A DNA stretch of 64,000 nt. Origin: Opitutia bacterium (lineage in GTDB: Bacteria; Verrucomicrobiota; Verrucomicrobiia; Opitutales; Seribacteraceae). Position 1 is the stretch's first letter. Every line of letters begins with the position of its first letter. Of the stretch, positions 31,781 through 42,061 are shown piece after piece. Position numbers and translations under genes: made by a program. The notes under the pieces were generated by a model. It made no database searches. It was not told the origin of the DNA and saw nothing but the letters and a program-made list of their open reading frames with translations. The stretch spans positions 502-64,501 of the forward strand of contig JABGWU010000370.1 of assembly GCA_018645475.1 (NCBI GenBank). Direction: 5' to 3'.

Positions 31781-32434
31781 ATGATGCTAATTAAACGATT
31801 AGCTCTATGTGCGATTCTGATTGTTTTTTATCATGATGGTAATTTTTTACATGCTCAATCGAGGTATAACAGTGATCCATCGATTTTAAAAGACCCGTTG
31901 GGATATAAATTGCGGTCTGGCGATAGTATTAGAATATCTGTTCAAGGAGAATCTAGTGCTACAGTTGAAGTTCAAATAAATAACGAAGGTAAAGGTAGAC
32001 CGGCATATTTACCAGAGCTCAAACTTGCAGGATCTAGTGCAAAGGAAATTGAGCAATTACTAATTTCACAATATCGACAAGAACTAATTTATAAAAATCC
32101 AGTAGTCCGAGTCTATGTTTTAAAATATTCAGATCGTGTGATATTTTTATCTGGTTCAGTTAATAAGAAAGGCCCCTATATTTTTCCTCCTGAAGTTGAA
32201 GCTATGAATATTGTTGAAGTTATTGCAAGAGCTGGGGGTTTTACCGATATTGCAAAAAAAAGTAAAGTTTTTGTTACTCGAACTTTTTACAATGAAAAGG
32301 GAGAGTTAAAAGATTCAAAAACTTATGAAGTTAATGTAGAAGCTTTAAGCACAGGGTCATTGATTTCTGGTTCATCAAAACGATTTTGGATATACCCCGG
32401 TGACCGAATTGAAGTTCCCGAAAGGTTAATATAA
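31781..32434 (+). CDS. Polysaccharide export protein (Wza/OPX; Poly_export + SLBB)
   Basis: YKLRSGDSIRISVQGE; GSVNKKGPY; IARAGGFT; IYPGDRIEVPERL. Confidence 0.88.
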   Translation: MMLIKRLALCAILIVFYHDGNFLHAQSRYNSDPSILKDPLGYKLRSGDSIRISVQGESSATVEVQINNEGKGRPAYLPELKLAGSSAKEIEQLLISQYRQELIYKNPVVRVYVLKYSDRVIFLSGSVNKKGPYIFPPEVEAMNIVEVIARAGGFTDIAKKSKVFVTRTFYNEKGELKDSKTYEVNVEALSTGSLISGSSKRFWIYPGDRIEVPERLI

Positions 32435-34707
32435 TGGAAGAGGACTTTGATAATATTGATCAATCTAGCTCTGGCGGCACGAAGAGTAGAACGAAGGGGA
32501 TTTCTGAATTCTTTCTTGTAATCAGAGATAGATGGCTCCTTTCTATCGCACTCGCTTTACCATTTTCACTTGGATATGTTTACGTGAAATTTCAAGACAC
32601 GGAATTTTTTCAATCTTCATCTTCTTTCAGATTAATTCCACCTCCGGCTGTTTTGAATTTACAGAAGGTAGATAGGGATACCCAAGTTCAGGGTTTAGTA
32701 GCAAAGCATCGGGAAGGTTTGAATAGTCAGGAACTTCGTGCAAGCGTTGTTCAGAGAATTGCCGATAATCCTGAATCTAAATCTATTATGTTGGCACCAT
32801 ATTTAAGGGAGGGGATCCCTGTTGGGATTGACGCTACAATATCTTATTCAATATCAGTTTCTCCGCCATCGGATGGAAGACCAAGATTTACAATCTCATC
32901 TACTTCGAGGAGTGCAAAAGGAGCAATGCTTGTGGCAGATGTTGTACAGGCTGAATATGAAAAGTTACATAAAAGTCGTAAAAGCCAACAGGTTGAGTCC
33001 GTTCGAAATTTATTAGAAAATTTGTTATCTCAAAGCATTACAAAGGAGTCTAAACTATCGGAGGAAATGTCGGCTTATAAGAAAGAGCTTGGACTCCCAT
33101 TTATTGAGGATGAAAAAAAAGATACCTCAGTCCGGAAAAGTCAATATTCATCAGAAATCACCTCTTCAAAATTAGAACAAATAAAAATTGATTCTCTATT
33201 GCGTCAAGTTTTGCAAATTCAAGCTAGAATTGGAACTAGAGCGAATTCTAGTAGATCTAACGATATAGACAATGATATTGCATTAATAAAAGACTTTTTT
33301 GAAATTGACGCGATTGAGAACTTTGGGAGTGTTCCGAATCTAAGAAAGACACTATATGATTTGGAAAAAGCTCGAAAACGATATGCTGAAGGTTCCCCTG
33401 GTTATTTAGAGAGACATCCGGAGATGTTGAAGAATGCTAGACAGGTACATGAGGTTAAGAATTCTTTGATAACTGAGGTGACCTTGGCAATTGAGGATTT
33501 AAAGGATAAACGGCTTCAACTTATTGCACAGGAGCAAGAATTTCAGCAAGCTATGGGAAAGGTTCAATCAGACTCAATGAAGTTAAGCGATATAGAAGAA
33601 TGGTTGACTAACAAAAGTCGAGAACTTACCGTCGTGCGGGGAAGTACAGATCAAATTCAAAGAAGATTGAATGAGGTGCGTATTGAGCAAGCTTTACCTT
33701 CTGAACAAGAAGAACCATTACACAAAGAACAATTCGCATTTTTGCCTGGCAGTCCATTTACTCCAAATAAAGCCAATATTAGAAATACTGGAATGTATAT
33801 CTTTTTTGGACTTTTTCTTGCGATTCCAATTTGTTTAGAATTTGTTGATAACCGAGTTAAATCCCCATTTGATGTTGAAGTCTTCATTGGTAAGGATTTG
33901 ATTGCCGGCATTCCTAAGATTTCAGAAGTGGATGAAATCCAAAGGCCATTAATAGTGGGTAATGATTTAGATGATGGGTTAACCGAATCCTTTAGAAGTA
34001 TGTACAGTAGAATTCAAATGAATTCCCATACCGACTATCCTAAAACTATTCTTATCACCTCTGCTATTCCAAGTGAGGGTAAAAGTTTAATTTCGGCTAA
34101 CCTTGCATACAGTTGTGCCAACCATGGTCGTAAAACAATTCTAGTTGACTTTGATCTAAGACGACCCGGCTTACATAAATTTTGTGATTTGGATAACAAA
34201 AGAGGTTTAGTTTCACTTGTTAATGAGGTTTTAACTAGCCAAGATACGATTGGGGATTCATTAGCCGAAACTGCAAAGGAAATTCACCCCAACTTATTTA
34301 TTTTACCATCTGGTGGTAAGACTCGTGCGGCAACTGAAATGCTTGAACAGAAAGAATTTGATGTTGTTCATGCAGAGCTGCGAAAACAATATGATGTCAT
34401 TATCGTTGATAGTCCTCCAATTGGTTTATTCCCTGATTCTTTAGCAATAGCGAGAAAAGTCGACGAAGTCCTTTTTGTCACACGCTATGGTAAGGTTTCG
34501 AGAAAAGTTGCTAAGAATCTTGTAGAAAATCTCGAAGCGACTGGGGTGAATGTTCTTGGTGTAGTATTGAATGATTTGCCACAAAAGAAAACTCCAGGAT
34601 ATTACTATTCAGGATACTATGGTTATGGTTATTTTCGTTACAAGTATTACAATAAGTACTATGGCAAAGATAAAGGAGAAGAAGTTTCCTTTAATAACCA
34701 GACATAG
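32434..34707 (+). CDS. Polysaccharide co-polymerase / BY tyrosine kinase (Wzc-like)
   Basis: Two TMs flanking a coiled coil; ESFRS; TSAIPSEGKS; VDFDLRRP; IVDSPP; Tyr-rich C-terminal cluster. Confidence 0.93.
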   Translation: MEEDFDNIDQSSSGGTKSRTKGISEFFLVIRDRWLLSIALALPFSLGYVYVKFQDTEFFQSSSSFRLIPPPAVLNLQKVDRDTQVQGLVAKHREGLNSQELRASVVQRIADNPESKSIMLAPYLREGIPVGIDATISYSISVSPPSDGRPRFTISSTSRSAKGAMLVADVVQAEYEKLHKSRKSQQVESVRNLLENLLSQSITKESKLSEEMSAYKKELGLPFIEDEKKDTSVRKSQYSSEITSSKLEQIKIDSLLRQVLQIQARIGTRANSSRSNDIDNDIALIKDFFEIDAIENFGSVPNLRKTLYDLEKARKRYAEGSPGYLERHPEMLKNARQVHEVKNSLITEVTLAIEDLKDKRLQLIAQEQEFQQAMGKVQSDSMKLSDIEEWLTNKSRELTVVRGSTDQIQRRLNEVRIEQALPSEQEEPLHKEQFAFLPGSPFTPNKANIRNTGMYIFFGLFLAIPICLEFVDNRVKSPFDVEVFIGKDLIAGIPKISEVDEIQRPLIVGNDLDDGLTESFRSMYSRIQMNSHTDYPKTILITSAIPSEGKSLISANLAYSCANHGRKTILVDFDLRRPGLHKFCDLDNKRGLVSLVNEVLTSQDTIGDSLAETAKEIHPNLFILPSGGKTRAATEMLEQKEFDVVHAELRKQYDVIIVDSPPIGLFPDSLAIARKVDEVLFVTRYGKVSRKVAKNLVENLEATGVNVLGVVLNDLPQKKTPGYYYSGYYGYGYFRYKYYNKYYGKDKGEEVSFNNQT

Positions 34708-34767
34708 ACTCAGTAGCTTTCAGCCCTCATATACTATCTTGGTTAAATTTTCTAAAGTATTCTGAAA

Positions 34768-35013
34768 ATGATAGAAGTAAATTATAAGGAAGTTGCGTCA
34801 TTCGAATATAAAACAATAACCATTTCACCAGATGGTATTAGGGTAAAAGGTGATGATATTAGTGGTAAAATAGCTGATCTCTTGAATATTACATGTAATA
34901 AATATGGGAAAGAACAATGGAAAGTTATCTCAATCTTGCCATCTATGAAAAGTGAAGGTGCTGTTACAAAGCTTTTAGTGACTTTTGAAAGATCACTAAT
35001 TTCAGGAGATTAA
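34768..35013 (+). CDS. Small DUF4177-like protein
   Basis: FEYKTI...NKYGKEQWKVIS...VTFER pattern. Confidence 0.6.
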   Translation: MIEVNYKEVASFEYKTITISPDGIRVKGDDISGKIADLLNITCNKYGKEQWKVISILPSMKSEGAVTKLLVTFERSLISGD

Positions 35014-35014
35014 A

Positions 35015-35458
35015 TTACAAGTATTCAACAGCAATTATACTCACATCATTTGTGGTAATAATGAAGAACTCACGATTTTTCTCGCATTCTTTGTATTCCA
35101 ACGAATGGTTACTCCACTTGGATTCAATAATTTCGTCCCATTTATAGATCCTTCTTTCCCAACGCTTTCCGATTGTAGTGTTTTGAGCTAAAATGGAATA
35201 TTTATAACCAATTAACTGATTGAACTGTTGAATAGATAATCCGCTTCTGACTTTCAAAAGAATTTCACTTTCAAAATCTCTCAAATTCTTTATCGCGTCT
35301 TGTTGCAGTTGAGTTTGATAACTTTGATGTTCTAGGCGAATTTTTTCTGATTGTTCGATAAATTGCTGATCAGGATCCCATTTTTTATTACAGGAAATGA
35401 TAAATAAAAGTGCAAATATTAATGAGTACTTAGGCATGAGAAATGATATTGGTTTCAT
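35015..35458 (-). CDS. Hypothetical lipoprotein
   Basis: Hydrophobic leader ending IISC. Confidence 0.65.
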   Translation of the reverse strand: MKPISFLMPKYSLIFALLFIISCNKKWDPDQQFIEQSEKIRLEHQSYQTQLQQDAIKNLRDFESEILLKVRSGLSIQQFNQLIGYKYSILAQNTTIGKRWERRIYKWDEIIESKWSNHSLEYKECEKNREFFIITTNDVSIIAVEYL

Positions 35459-35459
35459 T

Positions 35460-35475
35460 TGGCATTCAAGTTGCT
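35460..35475 (+). promoter_or_regulatory. Putative sigma54 (-24/-12) promoter
   Basis: TGGCATT-CAAG-TTGCT with canonical GG-N10-GC spacing, in the short gap between divergent genes. Confidence 0.5.
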
Positions 35476-35486
35476 TTATTGTTTTG

Positions 35487-36026
35487 TTGAACGAACCACT
35501 TTTATCTTTCTCACATGAGATCGAGCGTCAAGCTTCGAGTCTCTCTTCTGCATTAGTTTTGCCAGAACCAAATTCTAAGAATTTTTCTTTTCGGTTGTCT
35601 CGTTTCCCGATAGATGGAACAGAAACAATAGTTGATATTCATTCATCTGGGGAAAGAATTTTCATTAGTGTAACTAGATTCTTAAAATCTATAAGACGAC
35701 ATATTCTTGAAACTAAAACTGGTGAACTCGATTGTGATATAAAACTAGGAGTAGAAATATCAATTTCTGAATGTAACTATAACGAACCTATTTTAAGAGA
35801 GATTTTAAATAGTAATATTTTTGATCTTACCAGTGATTTGTCTGAAAGTATTGATGATAATCATTTCTTTATTTTTTTTACTGATTCTCACAATTGTATT
35901 TCTTCTGGAATAAGTAATCCATACGAAAAACAGGAAGAACATTGGATTAGAATTTTGAACAGGTCTTATGGAGCAGAATTAACTCCTCCACGTAGGACTT
36001 TTAAAGGTATTTCAACACTGAAATGA
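35487..36026 (+). CDS. Hypothetical protein
   Basis: Open frame. The probable start is TTG 35487, because the ORF track start at 35397 overlaps the opposite gene. Stop overlaps the pssA start (ATGA). Confidence 0.6.
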   Translation: MNEPLLSFSHEIERQASSLSSALVLPEPNSKNFSFRLSRFPIDGTETIVDIHSSGERIFISVTRFLKSIRRHILETKTGELDCDIKLGVEISISECNYNEPILREILNSNIFDLTSDLSESIDDNHFFIFFTDSHNCISSGISNPYEKQEEHWIRILNRSYGAELTPPRRTFKGISTLK

Positions 36027-36805
36027 GTAAAAAAATAAATCAAAAAATTTCTTTACCCAAATTACTTCCTAATATTTTTACGACCGTTGGTTTATGTTCT
36101 GGTTTAACAGGAATTAGGTTCGCTCTTGATGGTAATTGGCAAAATGCTGTTTTTTGTATCTTAGTAGCTGCTTGTTTTGACATGATTGATGGACTTTCGG
36201 CAAGACTTCTCAAGGCTTTTTCACCCTTCGGCGCTGAGCTTGATAGTTTGGCTGATACAATTAGCTTTGGAGTTTCACCCGCCATTATTACATATTTATG
36301 GATTCGAGAACCTTTGATTTTAACTAATCAAGAATATTTGCTTGAGTGGTATTGGATCCCATTTTTATTTTACTCTGCCTGTAATGCATTTAGGTTGGCG
36401 AGATTTAATGTAATGCATTTGGGTAAACCGATGGAAAAGGAGAGTAAAAGTTACTTTCTAGGAGTGCCTGCTCCTGCAGCAGCAGGTCTTGTTTTGATGC
36501 CACTTGGTTTAGATTTTATTCTTAGTCGTTTTGACATAAGTTCAGTTATCTCATCCTACCCATTATTTGTAGTTTTATGGGTTATTTTGATTTCATTGTT
36601 AATGGTCTCACGTTTTCCTACATTTTCATTTAGAAATGTTAGGTTCAATATTGCTTCAAATAGAGCACTTTTAGTATTAATTTTTGTGTGCCTTGGCGTA
36701 TCTATTTTTATGAAGGAGACTTGGATATTTCTATTCTCTGTTGGAATTCTTTACTTTTTAAGTATACCTTTTGCATTTTTAGCAGAAAGAAAAGATACTA
36801 GTTAG
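36023..36805 (+). CDS. pssA: CDP-diacylglycerol--serine O-phosphatidyltransferase
   Basis: LPNIFT; DMIDGLSAR...GAELDSLADTISFGVSPA; RLARFN; FLGVPAP. Confidence 0.9.
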   Translation: MSKKINQKISLPKLLPNIFTTVGLCSGLTGIRFALDGNWQNAVFCILVAACFDMIDGLSARLLKAFSPFGAELDSLADTISFGVSPAIITYLWIREPLILTNQEYLLEWYWIPFLFYSACNAFRLARFNVMHLGKPMEKESKSYFLGVPAPAAAGLVLMPLGLDFILSRFDISSVISSYPLFVVLWVILISLLMVSRFPTFSFRNVRFNIASNRALLVLIFVCLGVSIFMKETWIFLFSVGILYFLSIPFAFLAERKDTS

Positions 36806-38168
36806 TTGCTAAACATTTTTTTAATAGTTTAGCGGCCATCTTGTGAGATTTATTTAAATCAAGAACAATTTGGAAATGCATAATGGCACTTTCACCATCC
36901 TTACTTTTAGAAAGAATTTGACCTAAATTAAAGTGAGATTCAGCATGTGACCAATTATTATTACATGCTAAAGAAAAATTGCTTTTTGCTTCTTCCAATT
37001 TTTTTTCTTTTAAGTAGACCATTCCTAACTCAAAGTATGGTTCATAATTTGCAGAATCTAGTTCTATTGCTTTTTTAAGCTCACTTTCCTCATTTTGGTT
37101 CAAATCTAAATATTTTTTAGCTTGGTATAACTTCACTAAAATTTTGGAATGTAGTCTTTTTGAATTAATGCCTTTCTTTAAGTATTTTCTGGCAAAATCA
37201 AAATTAGATAGCTTAAGATATTCCTCTGATTTTGTGTAGTAGTGCACTTCCTCTTTTGTAACTTCCTTAATTGCTTTTTCTAAAATTTGAATAGCATTTT
37301 TATGCATCTTTTTACTTAATTGAATGAGAGCAATTTCAAACAACGAATTACTTTTCTTCGTCTTATGCTCTAAGGATATTTCAAAATATTTTTCTGCTGC
37401 AGGAAATATTTTTTTTTGAAGACATATGGTGCCTAATTTGTATGCGGACATACCTTTACTATCATCGAATTCTAAAGATTTACACAAAAATTCTTCGGCT
37501 TCTTTAATCTTATTTTTATTAAAGTTTAATACACCTAGATAATACCATGGTTTACCTAGTTTGGGATTAATTTTAGTAATTTGTAAAAATAATTTTTCGG
37601 TTTCTTTTATGTATTTTTCTTTATCTACCTTTTCACATGTGGGTTCATTAGCAATATCGATTAAAAATAATGCTAGTTCCATAATAGGAAGCACATTTTT
37701 AGGCATAAGATCTGTAGAGATTTCTAATAATAACTTCCTTCTTTGTATATCATTATAATCCGTAAGAAGCGTTGAAAGTTTAAAGTGAGCTTCACCGTCT
37801 AATCCATCTATCTCAATCAATTTTTCAAGATATGGTATAGATAGATGCGCTTGTTGATTAGCATGATGTATTTCGCTTCCTAATTTGTACAGTTTAGACT
37901 TATTTGGGTCTAATGTTATAGCTTTATCTATTGATCTTAGAGATTCAATGAATTTGCCCATTTTTAAGTATATTTTACTAATACTGAAATACAATTCTGA
38001 CGATTCACAATTGTTTCCAATTGTTTCTCGCAGAATTGTCTCCGCTTCATCGTATTTACCATCTTGAGACAGGATCTCGCAAAGAGCAATTACTGATGGC
38101 AGGTGCCGCTTATCATTTTCTATGGCAATTTTTAAATGCTTAATTGCCTTCTGTTTAGTACTTTGCAA
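36798..38168 (-). CDS. TPR repeat protein
   Basis: Multiple 34-aa TPRs (e.g. YEPYFELGMVYLKEKKLEEAKSNF; AESHFNLGQIL). Confidence 0.88.
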   Translation of the reverse strand: MQSTKQKAIKHLKIAIENDKRHLPSVIALCEILSQDGKYDEAETILRETIGNNCESSELYFSISKIYLKMGKFIESLRSIDKAITLDPNKSKLYKLGSEIHHANQQAHLSIPYLEKLIEIDGLDGEAHFKLSTLLTDYNDIQRRKLLLEISTDLMPKNVLPIMELALFLIDIANEPTCEKVDKEKYIKETEKLFLQITKINPKLGKPWYYLGVLNFNKNKIKEAEEFLCKSLEFDDSKGMSAYKLGTICLQKKIFPAAEKYFEISLEHKTKKSNSLFEIALIQLSKKMHKNAIQILEKAIKEVTKEEVHYYTKSEEYLKLSNFDFARKYLKKGINSKRLHSKILVKLYQAKKYLDLNQNEESELKKAIELDSANYEPYFELGMVYLKEKKLEEAKSNFSLACNNNWSHAESHFNLGQILSKSKDGESAIMHFQIVLDLNKSHKMAAKLLKKCLATN

Positions 38169-38194
38169 TTGACCAATATTTACAGTTGGAAATT

Positions 38195-39766
38195 TTACGC
38201 TACGGTTTTTCCTGTGGCCCGAATTTTCTTCTGTTTAGGCTTTAATGCTTTTTTTTGTATTATATTTTTAGCGTCTTGATCCATTAGTAAAACCGCTAGG
38301 CTATAATGAGCTCTTGAAAAAGAAGGATTAAGTTTAATTGCCTTCTCAAAATTCTCTAACGCAGTAAGGTAGTCTTTTTTATTATAAAGAAGTAAACCCA
38401 ATCTGTAGTGAGCTTTGTCGTAATTCGGGTTTATTTCAATTGCTCGCTTGAAATGTGTTTCTGCATCATTGATTTTTGGTTCTTTAAGTAATGTACCATC
38501 ATTTGCAAGCCTTTCTCCGGAAGTTAAGAGTTTAGCGAACCAATAATGACAGTCAGCCATATTAGGATTAATTTCAAGTGCAGTTTCATAATTCCTGATT
38601 GCTTGGTCATGTTCAGAAGGACTCGTTAATATTCTTGCTAAATGAAAATAGGCTTCGACGAAATTTTGATCTACATCTGTAGCTTTTTGAAAATGTATTT
38701 TTGCTTCGTTTACATCTCCATTTTTTTCTGAATGATGAGCCAATTCATAATAAGCGATTGAGTATTCAGGATTTATTTCTAAAGCCTTGAAGAAATGTTT
38801 TTTAGCAAGACTTGGGTCGTCATCACTTCGTAAAAGCAACGCAAGGTGAAAATGGGCTTCTGCATGCAGAGGGTTAATTAAAACCGCTTTTTTTAAATTT
38901 TCTTCCGCCTTTATATATTCTTTTTTATTGCTAAGTATAACTCCTAATCGGAAATGTGCTAATGCATTATCTTGGTGAAACTTTATAGATAAAATATAGT
39001 GTTCATGTGCTTTTTCTATATCATTACCTTCTTCGTATACATGAGCTATTAAATAATGAGCCTTGGAGTATTCCTTGTTTATTTCTAAGGCTTTTAATAA
39101 ATGCTTTTTCGCGGATTCGTAGTCCTTTTCAATGGAAAGGATTTTTGCTAAATTATAATGTGCTTTAGAATGACTTTTATTGAGTTTTAAAACACAGTTG
39201 AAATGATATTTGGCTTCTGGGAGATTTGTTCTGTCAATGAGTGAACCTTCTTTATTCGTTGCAACCCCACCCGACAATAATTTTCCCATGGAATAGTGGG
39301 CATCTATATATTTTTCATCGATATCTATAGCAGTTTCATAATTTTTTCGTGCTTCTTCGTAATCGTCTGCATTTGTTAATAATGTTGCTTTGTAGTAATA
39401 TGCAGGGGAATAATTTTGATTAATTTCGGTAACTTTATCGAAATTATTTTTAGCTTCTTCATAGTCGTTGATTTTTATCAACAATAGAGCGTAATGAAAA
39501 TAAGCATGGGCATAATTTGGATTTATTTCTAATGAATTAAGAAAATGATTTCTTGCATTTTCGTGATCTTCGTCGAGGGTTAATGCTATCGCCAATTCAC
39601 ATTGTGCCTCAGCATAATCGCTGTTTATTGAAACCGCTTTTTGAAAGTTTTTAATCGAGTCTTTGATTTCTCGTTCATTTTTAAGGAGCACGCCCAGCTC
39701 AAAGTATGCCTCGGCGAACTCAGGGTTTAAAGCAATAGCTTTTTCTAAATGAGTTTTCGCGTTCAT
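38195..39766 (-). CDS. TPR repeat protein (~14 TPRs, internal duplication)
   Basis: Regular A.AHY.LA/G...A..INP repeats across the whole length. Confidence 0.92.
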   Translation of the reverse strand: MNAKTHLEKAIALNPEFAEAYFELGVLLKNEREIKDSIKNFQKAVSINSDYAEAQCELAIALTLDEDHENARNHFLNSLEINPNYAHAYFHYALLLIKINDYEEAKNNFDKVTEINQNYSPAYYYKATLLTNADDYEEARKNYETAIDIDEKYIDAHYSMGKLLSGGVATNKEGSLIDRTNLPEAKYHFNCVLKLNKSHSKAHYNLAKILSIEKDYESAKKHLLKALEINKEYSKAHYLIAHVYEEGNDIEKAHEHYILSIKFHQDNALAHFRLGVILSNKKEYIKAEENLKKAVLINPLHAEAHFHLALLLRSDDDPSLAKKHFFKALEINPEYSIAYYELAHHSEKNGDVNEAKIHFQKATDVDQNFVEAYFHLARILTSPSEHDQAIRNYETALEINPNMADCHYWFAKLLTSGERLANDGTLLKEPKINDAETHFKRAIEINPNYDKAHYRLGLLLYNKKDYLTALENFEKAIKLNPSFSRAHYSLAVLLMDQDAKNIIQKKALKPKQKKIRATGKTVA

Positions 39767-39775
39767 ATATTACTT

Positions 39776-42061
39776 TTACTTACTAGTCATTACCCATACC
39801 CCATCCCAGTCTCCTTTTGGAGGATTTTTCTTCATGTAATCACATCGGTCTAGATAGAGTTGTGCAGCTTTATCATTTGGATTTATTTTTTGCACATTTT
39901 TAAATAGTTTGATCGATTGATCCCATTTTCCTTCGTTCCAAGATCTATAGCCGTCATTAAAAATTCCTAGAGCATCAACTAAGTTCGGATAAGATTTCTC
40001 GTCATGGAAATCCAATACCTCTAAGACACCCACTGGCTCAGTTTTTCCTTTAACAATAACATAATCAACCTGCCTAGTTCTGTAAGTTGCCTTAACGGCT
40101 TTATGCGTATATTCACTAATCAAAATATGTGCACCATATTGTTTGCATGCACTCTCAATTCGGGCCGCTAGATTTACACCGTCACCTATTACTGTATAAT
40201 CCATTCTTTTTGGAGAACCTATATTACCTGAAACAATGGCATCGGTATTAATGCCCATACCATGGTCGATGGGCATTTTGCCCTCAGTTGATCGCTTATC
40301 ATTAAAAACTTTCAAATCTGTCATCATCCTAATTGCAGCTCTGACTGCTCGATCGGGGTCATCTTCATGCGGGACTGGAGTCCCAAAAATACACATCATC
40401 GCATCTCCGATAAATTTATCCAACATTCCGCCTTCATCGGTAATGCAGTCTACCATAATGGTAAAATATTCGTTTAATAGCTTTACAGTACCCTGTGCAC
40501 CAAGCTCCTCTGTTATGGTAGTAAAACTTCTGACATCTGAAAACAGTACTGTGCCAACACTTTGCTTCCCGCCCATAATATCATCACTGTCACCTGCAGC
40601 CATAAGTTGGTCTGCCAATTCAGGGTCCATGTATCTAGACATGGTCGACTTCATTCTTTTTTCAGAACTTATATCCTCAATCATTAACATGGTCCCAAGA
40701 TTTTCATTTTTTTGTCCTAAAAGCGGCATCAATGAAATGTTTACTGATAACTTTTCATTCTCAACTGTTAATTCAGCGTCCAAAAAATCTTCTTGTTCTT
40801 CAACTATTTCTAATTTTTGCAATAACCATGAATTCTCACCGTCCAAAAATTCCTTTACAGGTTGTTCCAATATTTCAGACAAAATAGGAACTTTAAAAAT
40901 TCTTAGGCCTGCGGTATTGCATGTTTTAATTGTTCCGTGCTCGTCAAGAGTTAATACTGCATCATGCATACTAGAAAGAATGCTTTCGGAATAATTTTTC
41001 TGGTTTTGGACGTCGTCAAAAAGCTTTGCATTCTCAATTCCCATGGAAATTTGAGATGTAAAGGCTGCCAATCTTTTTTCATCTTCAGAGTTAAAAGAAC
41101 CACCCCTTTTGTTTAAAACCTGACTTACTCCAATAGTTTTTCCTGCTTTATTTAAAACCGGCATGCATAGAATTGACCTAGTGAAGAACCCAGTTTGTTT
41201 ATCAAAACTTGGATTGAATCGAAGGTCAGCATATGCATGAGGAATATTCACTGGTTTTGCTGAAGTAAAAACAGTGCCGGCGATTCCTAAATGATTAGGA
41301 AACTTGATAACAGATTTTTCATCGAGGCCTTCTCCGACCTCAGTATATAATTCGTTGGTCTTCTCGTCATTGATAAATAATGTAGCCCTTTCACAATCAA
41401 GCATTGTTGAAATAGTAGTGATAATTTTTTGGAGTAGGGGAGTTAGCTCCAATTCTGATGAAACTTGAGAGACAACATCAAGAAACTCGAGCTCCTGCTT
41501 CCTTGCTGCTTCAATTTGTTCAACAATGATATTTCCTTGAATAGCAATGGCTGCTTGTTCTGTCATAGCCTCAAGAAGGTCGAGGTCATCTTGTTCAAAT
41601 TCACCATCTATTTTATTTAGAATTTGAGAAACACCGATTTCTTCTCCTGAGACTGTTCTTAATGGAGCACATAGAATACTTTTAGTTCTAAATCCAGTTC
41701 TTACATCAACAGCCTTATTGAACCTGTCGTCTTTGTAAGCATCGTGGATGATGGCACCTTTATTTTGTGTAAAAACCCAACCTGCGACACCTTTTGTGTT
41801 TAAAATTCTAATTTCTCTCCTGAAGCTACCCTGGGCAATCCTCGAATACAACTCTCCAGTTGCTGCGTCATTAAGAAATATAGTACCTCTTTCGGCACCA
41901 ATTGTGGTGGTGGTAATCTTAACAAGAGTTTCGAGTGCCTCATCCAGACTTTTGGTTTTTGCCAGGTCTGTCGTAACCTGTAGAAGCATGTCGGAAAACC
42001 TTGCCGTTCTTTTAGATTTGGGATGAGAAGGATTTTCTTTATTTTGTTCTTTATCTTGCAT
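39776..42061 (-). CDS. Class III adenylate cyclase, GAF-GAF-PAS-cyclase-TPR (CyaB-like)
   Basis: Two GAFs with NKFDE-type motifs (LNKIDGEFEQDD, LNKRGGSFNSEDE); PAS (SILSSMHDAVLTLD); FSDVRSFT; DKFIGDA; RMDYTVIGDGVNLAARIES; C-terminal TPR and WDGVW. Confidence 0.95.
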   Translation of the reverse strand: MQDKEQNKENPSHPKSKRTARFSDMLLQVTTDLAKTKSLDEALETLVKITTTTIGAERGTIFLNDAATGELYSRIAQGSFRREIRILNTKGVAGWVFTQNKGAIIHDAYKDDRFNKAVDVRTGFRTKSILCAPLRTVSGEEIGVSQILNKIDGEFEQDDLDLLEAMTEQAAIAIQGNIIVEQIEAARKQELEFLDVVSQVSSELELTPLLQKIITTISTMLDCERATLFINDEKTNELYTEVGEGLDEKSVIKFPNHLGIAGTVFTSAKPVNIPHAYADLRFNPSFDKQTGFFTRSILCMPVLNKAGKTIGVSQVLNKRGGSFNSEDEKRLAAFTSQISMGIENAKLFDDVQNQKNYSESILSSMHDAVLTLDEHGTIKTCNTAGLRIFKVPILSEILEQPVKEFLDGENSWLLQKLEIVEEQEDFLDAELTVENEKLSVNISLMPLLGQKNENLGTMLMIEDISSEKRMKSTMSRYMDPELADQLMAAGDSDDIMGGKQSVGTVLFSDVRSFTTITEELGAQGTVKLLNEYFTIMVDCITDEGGMLDKFIGDAMMCIFGTPVPHEDDPDRAVRAAIRMMTDLKVFNDKRSTEGKMPIDHGMGINTDAIVSGNIGSPKRMDYTVIGDGVNLAARIESACKQYGAHILISEYTHKAVKATYRTRQVDYVIVKGKTEPVGVLEVLDFHDEKSYPNLVDALGIFNDGYRSWNEGKWDQSIKLFKNVQKINPNDKAAQLYLDRCDYMKKNPPKGDWDGVWVMTSK

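Noticed and set aside
40236-40994. Long antisense ORF (252 aa) and similar shadow ORFs (13912-14466, 20643-21128, 46738-47148, etc.)
   Set aside because: They lie opposite well-conserved genes and have the Ser/Pro/Ile-rich composition typical of antisense frames.
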